A stretch of 55,848 nucleotides of DNA, counting the filler, from Sphacelaria rigidula (Eukaryota): NCBI GenBank assembly GCA_964200075.2. It is 5 parts of 5 records of this genome, joined end to end, with 100 filler letters (N's around TTAATTAATTAA, not from the genome) between each part and the next. Parts side by side here need not be neighbours in the genome. Positions count along the whole stretch, not along the records: positions 44,760 to 55,848 come from CAXNAA020005409.1; 4 more parts are not named here. The stretch is one strand, 5' to 3'. Positions 50,282-55,848 of this stretch are shown here, piece after piece. The position numbers and the translations under genes were made by a program. The first letter of the stretch is position 1. Each line of letters begins with the position of its first letter. Under the pieces are notes generated by a model. The model did no database searches. It saw only the letters and a program-made list of their open reading frames with translations, and was not told where the DNA came from.

Positions 50282-53039
50282 TCCCTGGTGATTGCGGGGC
50301 TTGCCGAACAGATGGCCACGATCACCTCCCTGTTCCTCGTAGAAAGCGTCAAAACCAGCGCGCCGGAATCCTGTGTATTGCTGAAATGAATCTACGTTGC
50401 CGTGTCAAGGCCGATGGCAGAGGTATTGATACACCCCTTGCGCATGCACCATCTACTTCCGCTTGTTCGACGCTTCACTGTTTGCCTCGCTCATCCCCCG
50501 TCCAATCGTGGGGAGGTACGGCTTTAGCTTCTTCAATGCTGTCTGTGTAGCGGAGCGCCTCACACGTGGACAGATAGCACCCTGTAGGACGTGCTGCACA
50601 GGGTTCTTCACAGTCTTTTGTGGGAACCCTGCATTACATTTGCAAACTATAGTACCTCTACCAGCAATGTTCATAGCGTTTTTGTCGAAACCCTGCAAGC
50701 AAACCTGTGGAGAGGCCCTCCCAATTTTAAAAATTGCACATTTGTTTTTCGAAAATTCCAAATTATTTTGGTACAAGATCAATAATATTTTTCATTTTGA
50801 ATAGCTTCTCCTGCTGTCCGAGATACATCCTCTTTTTGCCGGAATCGAATCGGGCAAGAAGGAAGTTATCTCCCACTTCATGCACCAATTGGGCTAAGGC
50901 ATGAATTCTCAAGAGCTTTTGCTGAATAGAGATCCCACACACTGCTTACGAGTGTATATCCACACGCCTGTGCTTCGAAGCGACGCTTCCGCTGCAGGCG
51001 CGGTATATATGCGGATGTGACGTAATATACCTTGCATATGAATCCACATAGCTTATGAAAACCCGCGGTCCAATGTCTACCAACACGAACCAAAATTAAT
51101 CGCGGTATACATGTGCTCTGATGGGGATGATATATAGATTGATTGATTGATTGACTATGTCGCACTAATTTAACTGACCCCGCGCAGCAGGGGTCCAGCC
51201 GTGGTCTATACTATCACAACAATAAACTGTATAAAACCATGCAGGACAGTACAACTCCGCGTGCTTATACGTCAGGTGCTATATACTGCAGAGTGAGCGC
51301 GGCATATGCGTTACGTATGGCTATGGAATGTGGATATATGCTGCAGCCTATATTTTGATACACGGGGGTGTTCTATGCCGTCAGGAGTAACTACAGAGTT
51401 CACACGCAGCACGCGCACACAAGTGCAGCACGTAGTGAGCGGGGCATGGAAAGGAAGCGGGGAAAGTACAGTACAGACAGCGCAGGACTATATATGTTCT
51501 CTCCCTACACTGCGACATGAAAAGGACTTCAATGACGTGCATCACATCATGATTCGAAGGCAGCAACGCATCCGACCTATATCATGTGGCATGTTAACCC
51601 GCACAGTAAAAAAAACAAAATTAGCTTTGCCGTCGTAAACCAGCGAGCGGCAAATGGCGGAAGTGTCACCTGGTGGTGATGCTGGCGGAGACGAAAGCGC
51701 GGTTGGGAGCGCCGGGGCGTCATTTCCACGCATGCCCACGGTGTGTGAACTCTCAACCGTTTAATAATTTGCCCATTTTGCCCATGCCAAAGCAAATGCA
51801 TTGACAATCACGCGTATGTGCGGGAGTCGCAGAGACACGGCTATTCACGGTATTCGCAACTCTTGATACTGTCGAAGACTGGGGTGATGTTTCACGGACG
51901 ACATGATGAGGGTCACAGTCGACGAGATCGTCCTCTTTACACTAGAGTGTCTGACTCACAAAGCGCGTTGAACGCCAAATAATGATATGATGCTCACCGT
52001 TTTCAGTCTCCCACAAAGGTCTGTACCGATCTCGGGATCCTGCCGCCGCCTGTGATGATGAGCTTGAAGTTATTTTCCATCGACGGCGTGTTATGGGGAA
52101 GGGTGCCTTTGGGATGGTGAGTCCTACTTAGGGTTGCACGTTCACTTCGTGCAATTTCCTGCGTGGAAGTGAACCTGAGCCTACGTTCGGAATTCACTAT
52201 CCAAAAGGATACTTGCGGTGTTGGGCCATCCTCCCCAGTTACAGTCAGAACGCATATTGCAAGTGTAGGGAGGAACGGCGACTGGCGGGGGTGACGAACT
52301 TAAGCATACGCCCATGAGTACCTATATGTATAATACATGCCGTATCAATCAAATACCCCACTGGCTAGATCGACTCGTATGTACCACATGTATATGAGAC
52401 GAATACACCTGGATTAGATCTCTGTGCATGTGCACTCACGGGTGGGCCCTGGCTTTCCTGTAACCTGGACTTCGGACGTTACAGACCTTACACAACGTCT
52501 GTAACGTCCAAAATTCCATGTACCCAAAGTTACAGGCATCCACTTTGTATACCCATACGTAGCGCACATGGCACGCTAACTCTGCAGTATATTGTACCGT
52601 ACGTGTATAAGCACGATGTCGTTTTGCCCTACACGGTATTGTACAGTCCAGTATACAGCACCAAATCGCGTGCGTACGTTGTGATCGTCATACCGCCATC
52701 AAAGTACGGTATATACCGCGGCCAGAAGTTTTCGGTTTCATAATCGAAAAAAAATGCTTTGGTTTTCATTTCGGAGACCATGGACTATGGGTTTTTCAGC
52801 ACTTGTATATATATATATATTAAAGCGAGGTATATCCCCTGTAATCACCATACCCACCAGCCAAACCTGTACAGTGCGGCTATGTGGACATATACTCGCA
52901 ATCAGTGTGTGGATTTGTATAATGTACAACAGTTGAGGCTGTTGACAACACTCTATCTCTTTGCCCAATTGACATGTATCTCCCTCTCCGGGCTGCGCGG
53001 CCCGGGGCGAGTGAGTGAAGTGCGAACCTGCACGCACAC

Positions 53040-55665
53040 ACCCGAAGTACAAAAAAAGGCATCGTCGTCGACAGTAGCAGTAACAACAGCAACAGCAGTA
53101 TTTGAGTAGCAACCGTCTTGCTGCCCTACCTGCTGCTCACGCTCGACGATGATGACGGCACTAAATCCTGATGCAGCGGAATTCTTTCCAACGGCGTATT
53201 CCCGAAAGACAAAATTTTCCGCGGCTACACAGCCCGGGGCAGCGGCACCAAGTAAGCGTCGCCGAAATCGTGGGATACGTAGCAAGGAGAGTAGAGCTGC
53301 TGGGTATCTACACGTGTGTAGTCACAAGAAACGATGCGGCGGTGGAAACGATCGAGGCATGTCGGGACTGCTGCCCCCGAAACCATGTCTGATAACAAGC
53401 ACGCACGGAGCAGTGTCCATTGCGGAACATAAATATATACTTGCATGTAAAGGGACAGAATCGAAGAAAAAACACGCCGCACGAAAAAAGAGACGTAGGA
53501 GACGAGCAGATCGGAGGGCTGCCGATAAGAGGAAAAAGACTGCGAGGGCGAGGGCCAGGATCGGTGAGCTTACTGTCGGCACCTACAATGTTCGTACGCT
53601 CGCTTTTAAAGGTGCGAACGGCATTGGCTACAGTAAGATTGTCCAGAAACCTTGTCAGAGTCTGGGATGTGACATCGTAGGGTTGCAAGAAACCAGGATA
53701 GATAGTCAATCGGTGTTCAGTGCGGCGAGATTTACGGTATTTTGTTCTGGTGACACAAGCGGGGCTAAGGGAAGGGCAGGGCAGGGCAACATGTTGTAGG
53801 GATCGCTATCAAGGACTCAATCCTGGAGGAGATGGGAGGAAAAGGTGCTACAGTCGAGTACCTCAGTGCTCGACTTATGAATGTGAAACTTGAACTACAC
53901 GGTAAATCCAACACAGTATCATTTGTAGTTGGGTATACCCCGACGGCGACCACTCCGCTGCGCGAGGAGAACAAGTTTTGGGATGGCGTATCCGATACCG
54001 TCTCACAAGTACCTGGTAAGGGAAATCTATTCGTCATGATGGATGCCAGCGCCCGCACTGGAAAACGAGGGGAGGAGGGTGGAAAGAATGATAGCAAGGT
54101 ACTTGGCGGATACGGGCGGGACGTACTGAACAATAACGGTGAGAGGCTACTATCCTTCGCAGAGGAACAACGCCTACTGTGCTCAATACGTTCTTCAGAA
54201 GACCCAAGCGGGGCATCTCGTACACTTTCCAAAGCTCCAACGCTGGGAAGGAACACTACCGGCTTGACTACATCCTCACAAGATAAACGGACCGACAACT
54301 CCTACGCAACATTTCCGTCCCCCGCCCACCACCCGGAAAACGCGAGTCTGACCATAACCTCGTATCTGCAAAGGTCCAGCTCCGTGGTCTCTTTGCGCCC
54401 AATCGCAAGATGCGGAAACATGCATCAAGACGCAGAACGGCCGACCTTGAGAGGGTGATGGCTGACCCGACGTTAAGATCATTGACGTTGCAAACGGCTT
54501 TCCCTGTCGACCCCTTGCTTATAAATGCTACCACCCCTGACATGACTGCAGGCCTCACCAAGGTGCTAATATCCGCCGCAGCAGACACCGAGCCCCACGA
54601 GAGAGGCCAACGAAGCTCCCACGGCTGGTGTGCGAGTGCCGAGACCAAGGCAAAGATCCACACTGCACGGATGGCGAGGGGAAAAGCACGGGGGGCATCG
54701 ATGTCAACGCCCACTGACACCAACCTCAAGAAAGACTTGAAGAAGGCCAACAAGGAACTTCGTCGTGTTACAGCGCATGCGGTGGAGAGGTTCTTCGAGA
54801 CCTACGTCAGCCGACTTGAAGCGCGCATCGCGAGAGGTGACCAACGCGATTTCTACAGGCAACCGAATGGAATCGATGTCGAAGGGAGTGAACCATGTAA
54901 CTCACAGCAGCAATATATCCGCGACAACAAGGGTCAACTGCTCAGAGACGAAAAGCTCATCCGCCCGCGTTGGGTACAGTGGTTTCACACCCTCCTCAAC
55001 ACCAAGTCACCCCGCCTCAACCCAGCAATCATCGACCAACTCCAGGCGTGACTTCTCAGCACGTCGCTAGACAAGGTGCCTGCGATAGACGAGACAGCGG
55101 GTGCCATACGATCTATGTCCAACGGAACAGGCGTTGATCCAGATGGACTGCCGGCTGAACTGCTCAAGATACCCCTCGACGACGACGACCCTAGCCGACT
55201 ACAGAGATTCCACGCTATCATTGTTGGCATCTGGGGCGGAGCAGCCGTACCACAAGAATCGAAGAATGCCACCATTATCATGCTCCATAAAAAGGGCGAT
55301 CGGACGGAATGCGGGAACTACGGAGAAATTTCACTCGTGTCACACGCCGGCAAAGTGCTCCTCAAGATAATCGCCCGGCGCCTAAGCACCTACTGCGATG
55401 GCGATGGAATTCTGCCAGAAGAGCAGTGCGGTTTCCGCCCCGGACGCTCAACCGTTGACATGATGTTCACCGTCCAACGATTCCAAGAACTTGGCCGGAG
55501 ACGACAAATCCAGCTCTACATGTGTTTCGTCGACCTAACGAAAGCATATGATTTTATCGACCGCCCATTGCTGTGGAAAGAATTGGAACGCTATGGCGAC
55601 CCACCCATCATGCTCTCGATCATCCCCTAATTCCACGTCGGTACGCAAGCTCAGGTGCGCACGAA
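53040..55665 (+). mobile_element. RTE-like non-LTR retrotransposon (APE endonuclease + RT), disrupted and 3'-truncated
   Basis: APE motifs [32 protein letters not shown] and SDHNLV; RT motifs [32 protein letters not shown] and FVDLTKAYD. Several frameshifts and stops. Confidence 0.93.
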
Positions 55666-55689
55666 CGTCAACAAATGCGCGGTACTCGT

Positions 55690-55848
55690 CTGTCACGAAG
55701 ACAAGAAAAATCCGATATAGTTTAAATGGAAGTGGGGAGAAGAGGAACTGCCAATCGTAGACCAGTATACATACCTCGGCGTAGAGATCTCAAGAAACTG
55801 ATCTCAAGAAACTGTTCTTGGGATGCACACATATAAACAAAGTTATAG
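55690..55848 (+). mobile_element. C-terminal RT fragment of a LINE
   Basis: KWKWGEEELPIVDQYTYLGVEISRN.../CSWDAHINKV, interrupted by a short tandem duplication of TCTCAAGAAACTG. Confidence 0.6.

Noticed and set aside
52457-52536. Nested hairpin (GGACGTTACAGAC...GTCTGTAACGTCC) as an ncRNA or terminator
   Set aside because: Only one copy here and no supporting context; most likely a small transposon relic.

Overview
Eukaryotic nuclear DNA, most consistent with a brown alga (Phaeophyceae/stramenopile): long introns, a diatom-like plastid-type ACC, TTAGGG repeats, and gypsy RT with WVDD. The window is not one locus. It is five contigs of 11091, 11090, 11089, 11089 and 11089 bp joined by identical 100-bp spacers (44N-TTAATTAATTAA-44N), which looks like size-sorted unplaced contigs. 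Contig 1 (1-11091) holds ten in-frame exons of a homomeric acetyl-CoA carboxylase (BC C-terminus to BCCP, EAMKM). Contig 2 holds a tRNA-derived SINE, a small MITE, a ~5 kb 126-bp satellite and a truncated Ty3/gypsy element. Contig 3 holds a likely pseudogene, three copies of a TGT...ACA MITE carrying telomeric repeats, and a degenerate Ty3/gypsy element. Contig 4 holds a ~1900-aa spliced, repeat-rich disordered protein gene. Contig 5 holds a gag-only LTR-like remnant, a possible Harbinger remnant and an RTE-like LINE. The two most interesting signals are a canonical PAM2 (PABP-binding) motif at the start of the LINE ORF and the frame-preserving telomeric-repeat MITE family. All calls were made by eye, without database searches.
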